Translations under genes and position numbers: made by a program
The notes under the pieces: model-generated
Databases searched by the model: none
Seen by the model: only the letters and a program-made list of their open reading frames with translations
Told to the model about the DNA's origin: nothing
Origin: a virus
IMG/VR virus record: IMGVR_UViG_3300034691_000037
Coordinates: 22,682 to 86,681 of that record
Length of the DNA: 64,000 nucleotides
Reading direction: 5' to 3' (one strand)
Part shown: positions 34,347 to 44,185 of the stretch, one piece after another
Layout of the letters: each line of letters begins with the position of its first letter
How positions within the stretch are numbered: position 1 is the first letter of the stretch

Positions 34347-35642
34347 ATGACCACTCTTACCGCCCAACTTGGCCGTCGCTCGGCTAACCATAACAAGGCC
34401 GCAGTAGCAGCATCGGCTCTGAGCCTGGAAAGTGACATCGTCGATCTGGTTGATGAAAGCAACACCGCTATCGACGAAGTGTCCGACGTATCCACCCAGA
34501 TCACCACAGCCTCCGATGACATCGTCGCCAGCAGCACTGGCGTTGATAGCCTGTCGGATCTGGTCGATAACACCGTAGATATCTATGGCGAAACTGGCAT
34601 TCCTGAGGATGCCGCTAAACAACTGGAGGTATCGGTTGAAGCCATCCTGCGCGTGATGGGCCACCCTGGTGGTTTCTCCACCATCCTTCCATCGATGGAA
34701 GCCTGCGCCACTCCGGTCCAGTATTCGACGGAAGCCGAAGAGAAAAAGAACGGCGTGGTTGGTCGTATCTGGGAATGGATTCAAAAGATCTTCGGCCAGT
34801 TGGTTGATTTCGTTGGCGGTCTGGTCGATAAGATGCGCAACTCCACCGAATCGCTGTCCAAGCTTACCGGCAAGCTGAAAGAAAAAGTATCAGCTCTGGA
34901 AGGCGAAGAAGCCACGGGTGAAGTTTCCCTCGGCGGCTATGGTAAGTTCTGCAGCGCAACCTCGCCTGGCGCAACCCTCAGCAATACCGGCACTAGCTTC
35001 AAGGCATTCGTCAACAAATGGGAAGGCTACTTCGGTGCCCTGTTTACCAATGAATTGTCTAAAAAATCACTGAAGGACCCTGAAACCGCTGGCGCTACTT
35101 TCGCCGCCATGATGGAAGCGGAAGCTAAAAAACTACCCGAATGGAAAAGCGTTAAAGTTACTTCTTTCCATTCTTTGGAAATCGCACCGGGTTCGAATGC
35201 CGAAAATCCACTGATCGGGGCTAAAGCTTCCGTCAAGATCGATGGTGAAAACAAGCAAAGCAAATGCCCCGCGCTGACCAAAGCAAACATGATGGAGGTG
35301 CTGAATGCCACCGCCGCATTGCTGGAGGAAGTAGCCGCAACTGCGAAAGACTTCGACAAATACAAAACTAATCTGAGTCACCTTAAGAGCACCGGGCTCT
35401 TAACGCGTGTTAATAGCGCTGCCGTCGGGATCAATCCCAACAATGGCCCGCTGGTACGCCAGATGGCGAAAAAGATGGGTGTTACGGGTCAGGTCTTCCA
35501 AAGCCTCGCGCGCATCGGCATCGACGGCCTGGGGCAGTCGGTCCCTGCCGTATTGGATATCGTCCGCGCCAACCTGACCTACGTCAACAAGTCAGCTGCT
35601 GCGCACGGTAAGGCCAAACCTGCTGAAAAAGCAACCGCCTAA
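34347..35642 (+). CDS. phiKZ-like internal head (inner-body family) protein
   Basis: Acidic propeptide with SLE/SVE/SME/STE sites; YSTEAEEKK followed by amphipathic IWEWIQK. Confidence 0.85.
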   Translation: MTTLTAQLGRRSANHNKAAVAASALSLESDIVDLVDESNTAIDEVSDVSTQITTASDDIVASSTGVDSLSDLVDNTVDIYGETGIPEDAAKQLEVSVEAILRVMGHPGGFSTILPSMEACATPVQYSTEAEEKKNGVVGRIWEWIQKIFGQLVDFVGGLVDKMRNSTESLSKLTGKLKEKVSALEGEEATGEVSLGGYGKFCSATSPGATLSNTGTSFKAFVNKWEGYFGALFTNELSKKSLKDPETAGATFAAMMEAEAKKLPEWKSVKVTSFHSLEIAPGSNAENPLIGAKASVKIDGENKQSKCPALTKANMMEVLNATAALLEEVAATAKDFDKYKTNLSHLKSTGLLTRVNSAAVGINPNNGPLVRQMAKKMGVTGQVFQSLARIGIDGLGQSVPAVLDIVRANLTYVNKSAAAHGKAKPAEKATA

Positions 35643-35691
35643 TTACAGCCGCAGGGGGTCTTCGGACCTCCTGCCTCTTTGAGGTATTCAC

Positions 35692-37029
35692 ATGACTACT
35701 GTTTCTGCAATGCTGGGTCGTCGGACCATCGACAACTACGGCATCCAAATCCAACGCGCTGCTGCTCAGCGAGAAGCCAGTTTCGAAAGCGATATGGCGG
35801 AGCTGGGGAGCGACCTCGACGCACAAATCGCCGAGCATGATGAAGCAGTTGGTAATGTTTCTGCCGCATCTGACGACATCGTTAAAAGTACCAATGGCGC
35901 TGAAGGGCTATCCGGTCTGATCGACAATACTGTCGCTATCTACGGCGAGGCTGGTATTCCAGAAGACGCTGTCGGCGTGTTGGAGGTTTCGGTTGAGTGC
36001 GTATTGCGCTCGATGGGGATGAAAATTCCTACTAGCACAGTGCTGCCTTCCATGGAAGGTAAATCCCGTTCCCAGTATTCGACGGAAGCCGAAGAAAAGA
36101 AAGAAGGCATTATAGCCCGCATCTGGGAAATGATCAAAAAAGCCTTTGCTGGTTTCGGTGAGTTCATCACCAGCATGCTGGCGAAGCTGCGTAACAACAT
36201 CAATGCGGTCCAAGCATACAGCAAACGTGTGCGTGAACGTGTTGACGCTACTCAAGGCGCCACTCCATCGGGTGACGTAAAACTGGGCGGTGACGGCAAC
36301 CTGACTAAGTCGGGTGAAGCCTCGCAGATCGTGAACACCACCCACACGGACTATAAGAAGTTCGTACAGGATTGGGCAGCGCATTGGGACAGTCTGATCT
36401 CCCAGGCTAACGTTGACGCGCTGGCATCGGGTGGGTCCGAACGTCTGAAACCGATGATCACTGGCAACACGGCCAAGCTGCCGAGCTCGTTGAAGTGGCC
36501 AGTTACCCCATTCCACACCCTGGAAATCACGCCTGGTTCTGATGCTGAAAACGCATTGGCTGGCGCTAAGGCCAAAGTGGTGTCCAATGAAGCCACTGCA
36601 AAAGAAACCTCGTTCACACATCTCTCCATCGAACAGATGAAACAGACGCTGGATTCGGTTGATGCGGTTCTGCTCGACCTGACCACTGTGGAGAAAGATG
36701 TTGCCAAGTGGAACGATACGCTGAGTAAAATGCGTAACGTCGGCCGTGTGGGTAACGTTGCTGGTGCCATCAGTGAGAAGTTGAAATCGCAAGGTGAGGG
36801 CGAAGCGGCAACTCTACGTAAAGCCAGCCAGGCCTTGTCCGGTGGTAGCCGTGTGGCATTGGACGGTTTCAGCAACACTTCCGGACCTGTCATGAAGGTG
36901 CTCCGCGCCAACCTGGTTTATGTGGCGAAGTCTGCCAGCGGCTATGGTAAAACAGCAGCGGCCGAGAAGCCGGCTGAGAAACCTGAAGAAAAACCAGCTG
37001 AGAAGCCAGCTGATAAAACCGGGGAATAA
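35692..37029 (+). CDS. phiKZ-like internal head protein paralog
   Basis: SFE/SVE/SME/STE sites; KPAE/KPEE tail repeats. Confidence 0.85.
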   Translation: MTTVSAMLGRRTIDNYGIQIQRAAAQREASFESDMAELGSDLDAQIAEHDEAVGNVSAASDDIVKSTNGAEGLSGLIDNTVAIYGEAGIPEDAVGVLEVSVECVLRSMGMKIPTSTVLPSMEGKSRSQYSTEAEEKKEGIIARIWEMIKKAFAGFGEFITSMLAKLRNNINAVQAYSKRVRERVDATQGATPSGDVKLGGDGNLTKSGEASQIVNTTHTDYKKFVQDWAAHWDSLISQANVDALASGGSERLKPMITGNTAKLPSSLKWPVTPFHTLEITPGSDAENALAGAKAKVVSNEATAKETSFTHLSIEQMKQTLDSVDAVLLDLTTVEKDVAKWNDTLSKMRNVGRVGNVAGAISEKLKSQGEGEAATLRKASQALSGGSRVALDGFSNTSGPVMKVLRANLVYVAKSASGYGKTAAAEKPAEKPEEKPAEKPADKTGE

Positions 37030-37031
37030 TC

Positions 37032-38213
37032 ATGGATAGCGTATTGCAAAGGTTAGCAATTCGCGGTGTCGTTCGTCGCAGTGAACAGAGCCTGGAAAGT
37101 GACATCGTTGATGCCGCTGATTACTGTGATGCGCAGCTTACTTGTTTAAGCGAACTTTCGCTAAGTTCGTGTGTAGAAGCAGATGGGATTGTAGACGTTA
37201 TCGAAGGCCAGGATGGTCTCGACAACATCATGCAGCAGTTTGCCGACAATCACGTCAACACGGACGTTACAGAGGCTTTTGCACAACAACTGGCTGTCTC
37301 AGTTGAGTCTTACCTCAGAGCCGCTGGTATCAATGTAGGTATCCGTAAATGGACGCCTTCATTTGAATCATCGACTCAATACAGCGCTGAACTAAAGGAT
37401 ACACGTAAAACCGCAGCAGCTGGAATTGGTAAGTGGTTAGCCGATGCGCTGCGTAAGGTCATGGACATGATCAAACGATGGTGGGGTCAGTTGACGGGCT
37501 CTGTTACGGCTGTGCGGACGTATGTCGATAAAGTATCGGCTAAGGTCAAAACCCTAAAGGGTGAAGCGACCAATAACGACCCTGTTAAGTTGGGGGCTTC
37601 TGCCAACTACCTTACCGACCGCCACGGTGCCATTGCAAAGCCCGATAAGCAGCTTGCAGAGTCCGATTCATTGTTCTCCGACTTCCTTCAGGAATGGTAC
37701 GGTCTGTTTGATAAAGAGACCCACATTCTTAAAAACCTTCCTCCTCTTAAATCAATCAAAATCGATTTCGCGGTAGGGCAGGCGCTGGAAGTGAAGCCAG
37801 GCAGTGGAGCGGGTAACCTCACAGGCGCTAAGGTCAATGTCGTCAAGACGCTGAAGGCCGCTAAGTCCGAAGGTCCTCTTCTTTCGCTGACTGACATGGA
37901 ACACGGCATCAACGCGGCTAAAGATGCATTGGTCTCGTTCGCTAAACTGGATCAGGAAATTGATCGCCTTGACGCGCTGTCTAAAAGCTCCGCTAAGGAA
38001 GCTAGTGCTCAAGCCGACCACTACACTGACAGTGAAGCCGGACGTGCCTTCAGCAAGCGCTCACGAGATCTGGTAAAGGCCTTTCAGCTCTGCAGTAACG
38101 GTCTGACGCATGTGAGTCCGTTTTACTTGAAAACCATTCGGGCGTGTGTTGAATATGTCGCCATCTGCACACGTCGCTACGCTACATCAGCACAGGATAA
38201 AACCCCATCATGA
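37032..38213 (+). CDS. phiKZ-like internal head protein paralog
   Basis: SLESDIVD, SVE, SFE; aligns by eye with its neighbours (LEVKPGS..LTGAK). Confidence 0.8.
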   Translation: MDSVLQRLAIRGVVRRSEQSLESDIVDAADYCDAQLTCLSELSLSSCVEADGIVDVIEGQDGLDNIMQQFADNHVNTDVTEAFAQQLAVSVESYLRAAGINVGIRKWTPSFESSTQYSAELKDTRKTAAAGIGKWLADALRKVMDMIKRWWGQLTGSVTAVRTYVDKVSAKVKTLKGEATNNDPVKLGASANYLTDRHGAIAKPDKQLAESDSLFSDFLQEWYGLFDKETHILKNLPPLKSIKIDFAVGQALEVKPGSGAGNLTGAKVNVVKTLKAAKSEGPLLSLTDMEHGINAAKDALVSFAKLDQEIDRLDALSKSSAKEASAQADHYTDSEAGRAFSKRSRDLVKAFQLCSNGLTHVSPFYLKTIRACVEYVAICTRRYATSAQDKTPS

Positions 38214-39451
38214 GCATCGTTCATCAAAACGCCCTGGAGATCGCGGCGGCGCAAGCGGTCTTGGAAGATAGTCCTACCGAAGTGGTGATGGACGATATTG
38301 TCGATTCCACTACCGCCATTCAGCAAGCCGCTGACCAAGTTGGTGAGATCAGCCGTAACGTTGAGGAGATGAGTAACGTCGCCTCTTCGGTCGAGAACTA
38401 CACCACCCGCTTTCTGGAACAAGTCAGTGCTGAAAGCTGGACTCCTCGCCTGGCCCATCAGTACCAGGTTGGTATGGATGCCATCCTGCGTACCTGCGGT
38501 GTGTCTGTTCCGGCCGGTGTGTATGCTGCATCATTCGAAGCTGCAGGTGTCACGCAGACCAACGAAGAGAACCGTAAGGAAACCAAAGGTAAGTCTGAGG
38601 GCGTGATCAAGCGTCTGTGGACGTCCTTCCTTGAGATGATCACTCGTCTGTGGGATGGTATCCAGAACTTCATTGCCTTCTTGGGCGCGTCTACCGGTAA
38701 GCTTAACAAGCTGGCCGATAACATCAAAGCGCGCGTTACCAAAGCCCGCGGTGAAAGACTGACAACGACATCGCACAGCATGCATCCTGGCCCGTGGTCC
38801 GTGTACCTGACCGAAGGTATTGGTGGCCGCGGTGTAAAGATTTACAGCGACCCTGTCAAGGCTATTCATGCGATGACGGCCAAATCCATTGGGTTTACTG
38901 AGGAATGGTACAAGAACTACCTCGACTCTGTGAAGGCGATGGCTGGTGCTAACTTTGCTTCATTAGCGGACATGGATGACTCCAGCTTTGACGATGAAGT
39001 GAAACGTCTGCTGAACCCTAAGTTGGCCAGCTTTAACGGTGATTGGCCGTGTGGCCACAGCGTATCCGTAGACCGCGACGGAAGCCATCCAGACAAGTTC
39101 ATTCTGGAAGTGAAGTCGGGTAAACACGACCTGACCGAGGTTCCGTTGCTGACCTTTGATCAAATGGAGTCTGTGGCTCACGAAATCAAAGAGACCGCTA
39201 AGTACATCACTCATGAAGTTAGTCGATTCCAGAGCGGTAAGGCTGAGATCAACACCATGAAGAAGATGATGGAAAGCGCCATCAAAAATGGTGAGAAGCC
39301 CATCAACTCCAAAGTGGTATCTCTGGCGGGTTCTTTGATGGACGGCATGATGGAAGGTCCTCGCAAGATCCTGCCGCTGCTTGGCACCTGCTGCGTGAAT
39401 GCGGCTAAGCACGTTACCGAGTCGTTGACTATGTACTCTGCAGCGAAGTAA
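38210..39451 (+). CDS. phiKZ-like internal head protein paralog
   Basis: ALE/SAE/SFE sites; same domain layout. Confidence 0.75.
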   Translation: MSIVHQNALEIAAAQAVLEDSPTEVVMDDIVDSTTAIQQAADQVGEISRNVEEMSNVASSVENYTTRFLEQVSAESWTPRLAHQYQVGMDAILRTCGVSVPAGVYAASFEAAGVTQTNEENRKETKGKSEGVIKRLWTSFLEMITRLWDGIQNFIAFLGASTGKLNKLADNIKARVTKARGERLTTTSHSMHPGPWSVYLTEGIGGRGVKIYSDPVKAIHAMTAKSIGFTEEWYKNYLDSVKAMAGANFASLADMDDSSFDDEVKRLLNPKLASFNGDWPCGHSVSVDRDGSHPDKFILEVKSGKHDLTEVPLLTFDQMESVAHEIKETAKYITHEVSRFQSGKAEINTMKKMMESAIKNGEKPINSKVVSLAGSLMDGMMEGPRKILPLLGTCCVNAAKHVTESLTMYSAAK

Positions 39452-39464
39452 CAAAAAAAAGACA

Positions 39465-39499
39465 GCATACACCTGCTCCCATCGGGAGCAGGTGTATGT
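39465..39499. terminator. Bidirectional CATA...TATG hairpin between convergent genes
   Basis: CATACACCTGCTCCC-ATC-GGGAGCAGGTGTATG. Confidence 0.8.
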
Positions 39500-39504
39500 C
39501 GCAA

Positions 39505-39957
39505 TTATGCCGCATGTTTAGATGCGTAGGACAGATTCGTTGATCTACCAAGGTCTGCGTAGTGGTACCTGAACGACCCATCGTTCGGATGCAGCACTCG
39601 CATTTTCACCTTACCTTCGTGGATTCCCCACCCAACGAAAGTTTCGGCTACGGTTGATACGACGTCACGTACATCGTAATCAGGCTTCTCATCGCAGCTA
39701 CCAATGATCTCGTACTCGTATTTGCCGCGCCAGACAAATCCAAGTCGAAACTCTGTTTGAGTAAATGCGTGTTCATTCAGCACGATATCAAGTGCTGACT
39801 CGGACTGCGCTAATGGTGCCAGTAGAGATTTCTGTACGGCCAAGCTACTGCTGTCCATAAGCGTCTCAGCGCATGCTTGCACAGAACGAGTGTCCTGCGT
39901 CAGTAATGCACAAATCGCTAGTGTGGTTGTTACATCGAGTCTTTCACGAGTTTGCAT
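39505..39957 (-). CDS. Hypothetical protein
   Basis: 150 aa, GAGG SD. Confidence 0.6.
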   Translation of the reverse strand: MQTRERLDVTTTLAICALLTQDTRSVQACAETLMDSSSLAVQKSLLAPLAQSESALDIVLNEHAFTQTEFRLGFVWRGKYEYEIIGSCDEKPDYDVRDVVSTVAETFVGWGIHEGKVKMRVLHPNDGSFRYHYADLGRSTNLSYASKHAA

Positions 39958-39999
39958 GTTGCCGTGCCTCTTTTCGAGTAGTTTGAATCCCCAGTTGTG

Positions 40000-40656
40000 T
40001 TATTGGCGTATTAGCAATGCTTCTTTGGCACTGGCTAACTCTGACTTTCTTATTCTGACAGTTACGGTAACTTCCGCTTCAGGCCATTTAAGTACAAGAT
40101 CTTGCATGACGGCTAGTTGAATTTCTTCAGCCAACGTATCTGGATAATCGGCATCAGGTGGTCCTGTAAGATCAAGCGTTGTGTAAGAGATTAGCTCATT
40201 TGGAAATTCGAGGATTATCTGCACATGTGCAAGTGTTTCGCCGGTTTCCAATTTCAGCAGTTGTAATTCGCCCTCCTCGGACATGAACGTGTAATAGCTT
40301 TTGTCGATCTGCTCGATCATTGCAAGCAGTGTAGAGGAATCGGCATTCAGTGAATGCTTGTAATAACTCTGTAAGGCTGTAGAAGGACGCCCAAGATCCC
40401 CAAGGTCTAAGGTGTACGAATCAACGGGTTTAACGATACCGCGGTTTAGAAGTATCTCAGAGAGCTTTATAAGCACCTCTTCGGACTTAACGATACCTTC
40501 GTTTCGAATGCTACCCAAGATTTGTTGGTGGTCGAACTCCTTGAGTACTAAAAATTGCCTTCGGCGTAATCCTCCCTCAGCGCCATAGACAATCAAGTTG
40601 ATCAACGCGCCGGGCTTAACCGGACGGTTTGCTGGAGATAGTGCTTTGTTCATCAT
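40000..40656 (-). CDS. Hypothetical protein
   Basis: 218 aa. Confidence 0.6.
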   Translation of the reverse strand: MMNKALSPANRPVKPGALINLIVYGAEGGLRRRQFLVLKEFDHQQILGSIRNEGIVKSEEVLIKLSEILLNRGIVKPVDSYTLDLGDLGRPSTALQSYYKHSLNADSSTLLAMIEQIDKSYYTFMSEEGELQLLKLETGETLAHVQIILEFPNELISYTTLDLTGPPDADYPDTLAEEIQLAVMQDLVLKWPEAEVTVTVRIRKSELASAKEALLIRQ

Positions 40657-40809
40657 AGTGTTGCCTTTTGCGGTGAAACATTATCATCGGCTGTTCCCTG
40701 ATGGGCTGAACAGGTTATAGTGGTTTTACAGTATCGTAATGTGTTGCTAAGAATAGTTTCGATAGCATAATGGCATACCTGGCTAAAGAGCCAGGTATGC
40801 CACCAGTGA

Positions 40810-42219
40810 TCAGATTGCGCCCATCTCTGGTGCCGGGGATAACGTACCCCCATTTTTCAAGTACATCAAATAAGCAGGGTCGAGGCGGTCAACTGCAAGC
40901 AGCAATGACGTCTTAGCACGATGCCGTGAAGCAATCATGCCGCGCCCTTCCAACTCGTAGCTGTGATACGCTTCTAGCAACACCCCATTCATCGTTTGGA
41001 CATCACCCGCGTATTCGAAGATGATCTCGGTAGGCATCCCTGGAACGATGAGATCCGGATTGCTCCTGATCCAAGGTACCAATACGTAGACCACGGATCT
41101 AGCTGCCAATTTACTGGCTTCCAGATAAACGTTAGTGGTTGGGTCCGACCCCCTAGCCGTGTTCTGACCATTACCTACAACTGTGGTAATGAACTCATTC
41201 ACGTTCTGACTACGGGACATGGTGAACTTGTTATCCTTTACAGTACCATTGTCGCCAATGATCTTACTAGCGTCCATAAACCGAACGCCGTTACCTTGGA
41301 TATTCAGCTTACCTGCCGTGTCATCGATGACTTTTGAAATACCTGCTGACAAGATCATCAGCTTACGGCCTTTTACCAGCCAGGTTCTGTCAATCATCAT
41401 CGAATGACGACTAGGTGCCAAGATTACAGTTAGCAGTTTCTTCGCTGTCTGAGTTCTTGAAGTGTCGTACATCGGCCAGGTGTAAATGCAACGACCTTGG
41501 ATATAGAAGCCAAGCCCTGTTGAATAAATACCCCCCGCTTTGTTCTGAATGTAATCGGCCAGTTCAAGGATAGGGGTATTATCGGGGATGACCACATGAT
41601 CCCTTGGGTTGTTGTTGTTAGCCGAAACCAGATCAAACTGATTAATGGTTTCCTCTAACCCAAGTTTTAACGTCTTGATCGCACTGGATACGAAACCTTC
41701 CAATATCGTCCAAGGTGGTCTGGCCCGGCCAATAAATCCGATACTCTGGCTGCGCAATTGCTGCACCGCCACTTCCTCCAACACGAACTGAGTGTGGATG
41801 ATGGAGAACCGATCGGCGGTATCAGTGTCCTGCATAGCCGCATTGGAACCAGACTCAGCAGTACTGTCGGTGTTGTCACCCATGTACGCCTTATAGGTCC
41901 TTACCGAAACAGGCATCGAACTGATCATTACACCATCTTCAGACGCCGGAGCTTTGCTGATAGTGATCCGAAGATCATCAGAAAAGGGCACGATGCTGTT
42001 CATCATCGTACCGGCACCAAACGTCAAGACGATAGAATGGTCATCCATGTAAGCCGTCCGGTAAACCCGCGCAACGTCGATCCTGATGATCTGGTGCGGG
42101 GTGTATTCCTTACCACCTGCGTGAACCACCACACTGATGACGAAGTAAGGACTGCCATCAGCTGCAAGTATCGGACCGACGTCTTCCATTAACGCCGATG
42201 ATTGCAGTTCAGTTGCCAT
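40810..42219 (-). CDS. Virion structural protein, probable baseplate hub (phiKZ gp101-like by order and size)
   Basis: 469 aa; YIQ...GGIYSTGLG.Y and NPDLIVPGMP motifs; position in the structural block. Confidence 0.55.
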   Translation of the reverse strand: MATELQSSALMEDVGPILAADGSPYFVISVVVHAGGKEYTPHQIIRIDVARVYRTAYMDDHSIVLTFGAGTMMNSIVPFSDDLRITISKAPASEDGVMISSMPVSVRTYKAYMGDNTDSTAESGSNAAMQDTDTADRFSIIHTQFVLEEVAVQQLRSQSIGFIGRARPPWTILEGFVSSAIKTLKLGLEETINQFDLVSANNNNPRDHVVIPDNTPILELADYIQNKAGGIYSTGLGFYIQGRCIYTWPMYDTSRTQTAKKLLTVILAPSRHSMMIDRTWLVKGRKLMILSAGISKVIDDTAGKLNIQGNGVRFMDASKIIGDNGTVKDNKFTMSRSQNVNEFITTVVGNGQNTARGSDPTTNVYLEASKLAARSVVYVLVPWIRSNPDLIVPGMPTEIIFEYAGDVQTMNGVLLEAYHSYELEGRGMIASRHRAKTSLLLAVDRLDPAYLMYLKNGGTLSPAPEMGAI

Positions 42220-42829
42220 TAGTGAGCTCCATGAATCGCTCGATAGCGTCCAACGTAGCTACCGATTTAGGAATCACATTTTTCTTCTCAGCAGTGCGGC
42301 CATCATTGATCCTGAACACAGGGCGGGAAGTAAACCAATTGCCCAGATTGTTACCTGGGGTTTTCTTCTCAAGGTCTGGATCGAACGCCATGGCCGTACC
42401 GCGGATTCGGGTAGCGAACTCAGCCATCTGTCTGAAGTCTTCTAGCTCTGGAGCATCGTACCGAAGGTTAGTACGCATCTCCGCCAAGTGGTTTTCCAAA
42501 TGCGCCAGGATGCGCTTATAGATCTTCACCGGAATCTGCGGGTCGGGGAATGTGATGTCAGCCCCTTCAATGAACTGCGTGATGATCGTCCAGATGGTAC
42601 CACCTGTTGAGATCATCTCCGCAGCCGCGGCTTCAACGTCTTGAGCGTTCGAAGCGCCAATAACCGACTCGCCCATCCGGTTATTCATTGCTCGGAAGTG
42701 AGCGCCATCCAAGGAGTACAGATGCACTTCAGCTTTGTCGAAGATGTAATACGCTGTGGTTTTTGGAACGTGTCTGTTTTCCAGACGTCTGAACCCATTC
42801 CCTAATCCTTCAAGCGTCATTGTTCTCAT
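42209..42829 (-). CDS. Conserved jumbo-phage protein (gp100-like position)
   Basis: 206 aa, coupled between structural genes. Confidence 0.55.
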   Translation of the reverse strand: MRTMTLEGLGNGFRRLENRHVPKTTAYYIFDKAEVHLYSLDGAHFRAMNNRMGESVIGASNAQDVEAAAAEMISTGGTIWTIITQFIEGADITFPDPQIPVKIYKRILAHLENHLAEMRTNLRYDAPELEDFRQMAEFATRIRGTAMAFDPDLEKKTPGNNLGNWFTSRPVFRINDGRTAEKKNVIPKSVATLDAIERFMELTNGN

Positions 42830-42830
42830 G

Positions 42831-44183
42831 TTACAGCACTCCAGGCGCCAATTTAATCAGTGTTAGGATAATCGGAGTGTAATAGAAACGCTCCAGGTTA
42901 TCGAACCGGGTTGAATATTCAGCAAGGTCCGCCAAATCGGTTAGGTCGATAGCCTCACCTTTCATCCGATGCTGGACCATGCGCTCAAGCATGGAGACTT
43001 CACCATCACCCTCGTAGAACTCTTTAGAGAAGACGTAATAGTCATCGCACAGAATCCGCTTGATGTACTTGCCGTAAGTGGGCGCTGGCTCAGTACCACC
43101 TTTTAACAGCTGCGGAAGAATAGCCCGCATGTGCGGATTCTCAACGCCAGCTTTGAGCAATGGCATTACCGCGCCGACTATACCGATTGGGTGGCTGACA
43201 GAGAAGCTAATGTCAGACGCCGACATGACTTCACGAATCCCTGAGTAGAACACAGAGTGCAGTTTAGGGATTGTGCGGTACATGTCAACAGACCGCAGGT
43301 TAAAATGCCGTGAGCAGCTGTACAGGAGCTCGTAGTCACGTTTAGCGATCATGTCGTAGAGGGACAGTTGATCACTGGTCAGATCCGCACTGCAATCGAG
43401 CTCAATCACCCGGTGCATGTCTTTGTGCATGTCGGTGCTGATGGTGCGACGCAAGAACCGAACCAAGTTAGGGTCATACGTCGAATCATTATTCATCGGC
43501 AATGTAAAGGTGGAGAACCGAGGATTGAAGAAGCTCTTGAAATACAGGTTGATCAAACGACGGTACGAATTATTCAGGCGCTTGATGCTGTTAACTTCGG
43601 CACGGGTCAGCAACGGCTTTAAGTTGTTACGCATGTTCTCACGGTCAAAGTAAACCGTTTCGACTGTGCGCTCCTCCAAGGCTGCCATGGTTTCGGCATC
43701 AAGGAACTTAATTGCCTTCCACTCAACCTTGTGCGGGGATTCCTCGTAGATACCGAGCTTTACAGGGTTGTACATGGCAAACAGTACGTTACGCCCATTA
43801 CCCATGTCAGCAATGAACAGCGTACCGTTGTTAGGTACGACGCACGGATAGACGGTACCACCGCCCGTTGAATCAAATCCGTTAGCCTCGCCTACAACCT
43901 GGGTGTTGGTAATGGTCGAATCAACAACCAGTTCAAACCCTTTCACCAACCTGTAGTTGCCGTAAGTGGCCAATGTGTCAGCACTGAACGAACCTACAGT
44001 GGAATCACGACCTGTGGTTTCCAGCAGCAGATCGACGGCCCACTTCTCGCCCTGATAGAACGTGGAGAGTGCGCTGTACTGCTGCTTGCGCGTATCAACG
44101 ACCGGGCCTTTGAAATCTTCTTTGGCGATCGTTAACGAAGGCACTTCTTTGGCGACTTCGTTTTCATCATCAATATACGGCAT
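42831..44183 (-). CDS. Virion structural protein (gp99-like position)
   Basis: 450 aa; LERFYYTPI C-terminus; synteny. Confidence 0.55.
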   Translation of the reverse strand: MPYIDDENEVAKEVPSLTIAKEDFKGPVVDTRKQQYSALSTFYQGEKWAVDLLLETTGRDSTVGSFSADTLATYGNYRLVKGFELVVDSTITNTQVVGEANGFDSTGGGTVYPCVVPNNGTLFIADMGNGRNVLFAMYNPVKLGIYEESPHKVEWKAIKFLDAETMAALEERTVETVYFDRENMRNNLKPLLTRAEVNSIKRLNNSYRRLINLYFKSFFNPRFSTFTLPMNNDSTYDPNLVRFLRRTISTDMHKDMHRVIELDCSADLTSDQLSLYDMIAKRDYELLYSCSRHFNLRSVDMYRTIPKLHSVFYSGIREVMSASDISFSVSHPIGIVGAVMPLLKAGVENPHMRAILPQLLKGGTEPAPTYGKYIKRILCDDYYVFSKEFYEGDGEVSMLERMVQHRMKGEAIDLTDLADLAEYSTRFDNLERFYYTPIILTLIKLAPGVL

Positions 44184-44185
44184 GC

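Noticed and set aside
36955-37020. GAGAAGCCGGCT-type tandem repeat as a mobile or regulatory repeat
   Set aside because: It simply encodes the KPAE/KPEE low-complexity tail of a head protein.
40653-40853. 66-aa ORF between structural genes
   Set aside because: It overlaps the upstream gene by 44 nt with no SD or motif, so support is insufficient. The gap more likely holds a TATG late promoter.
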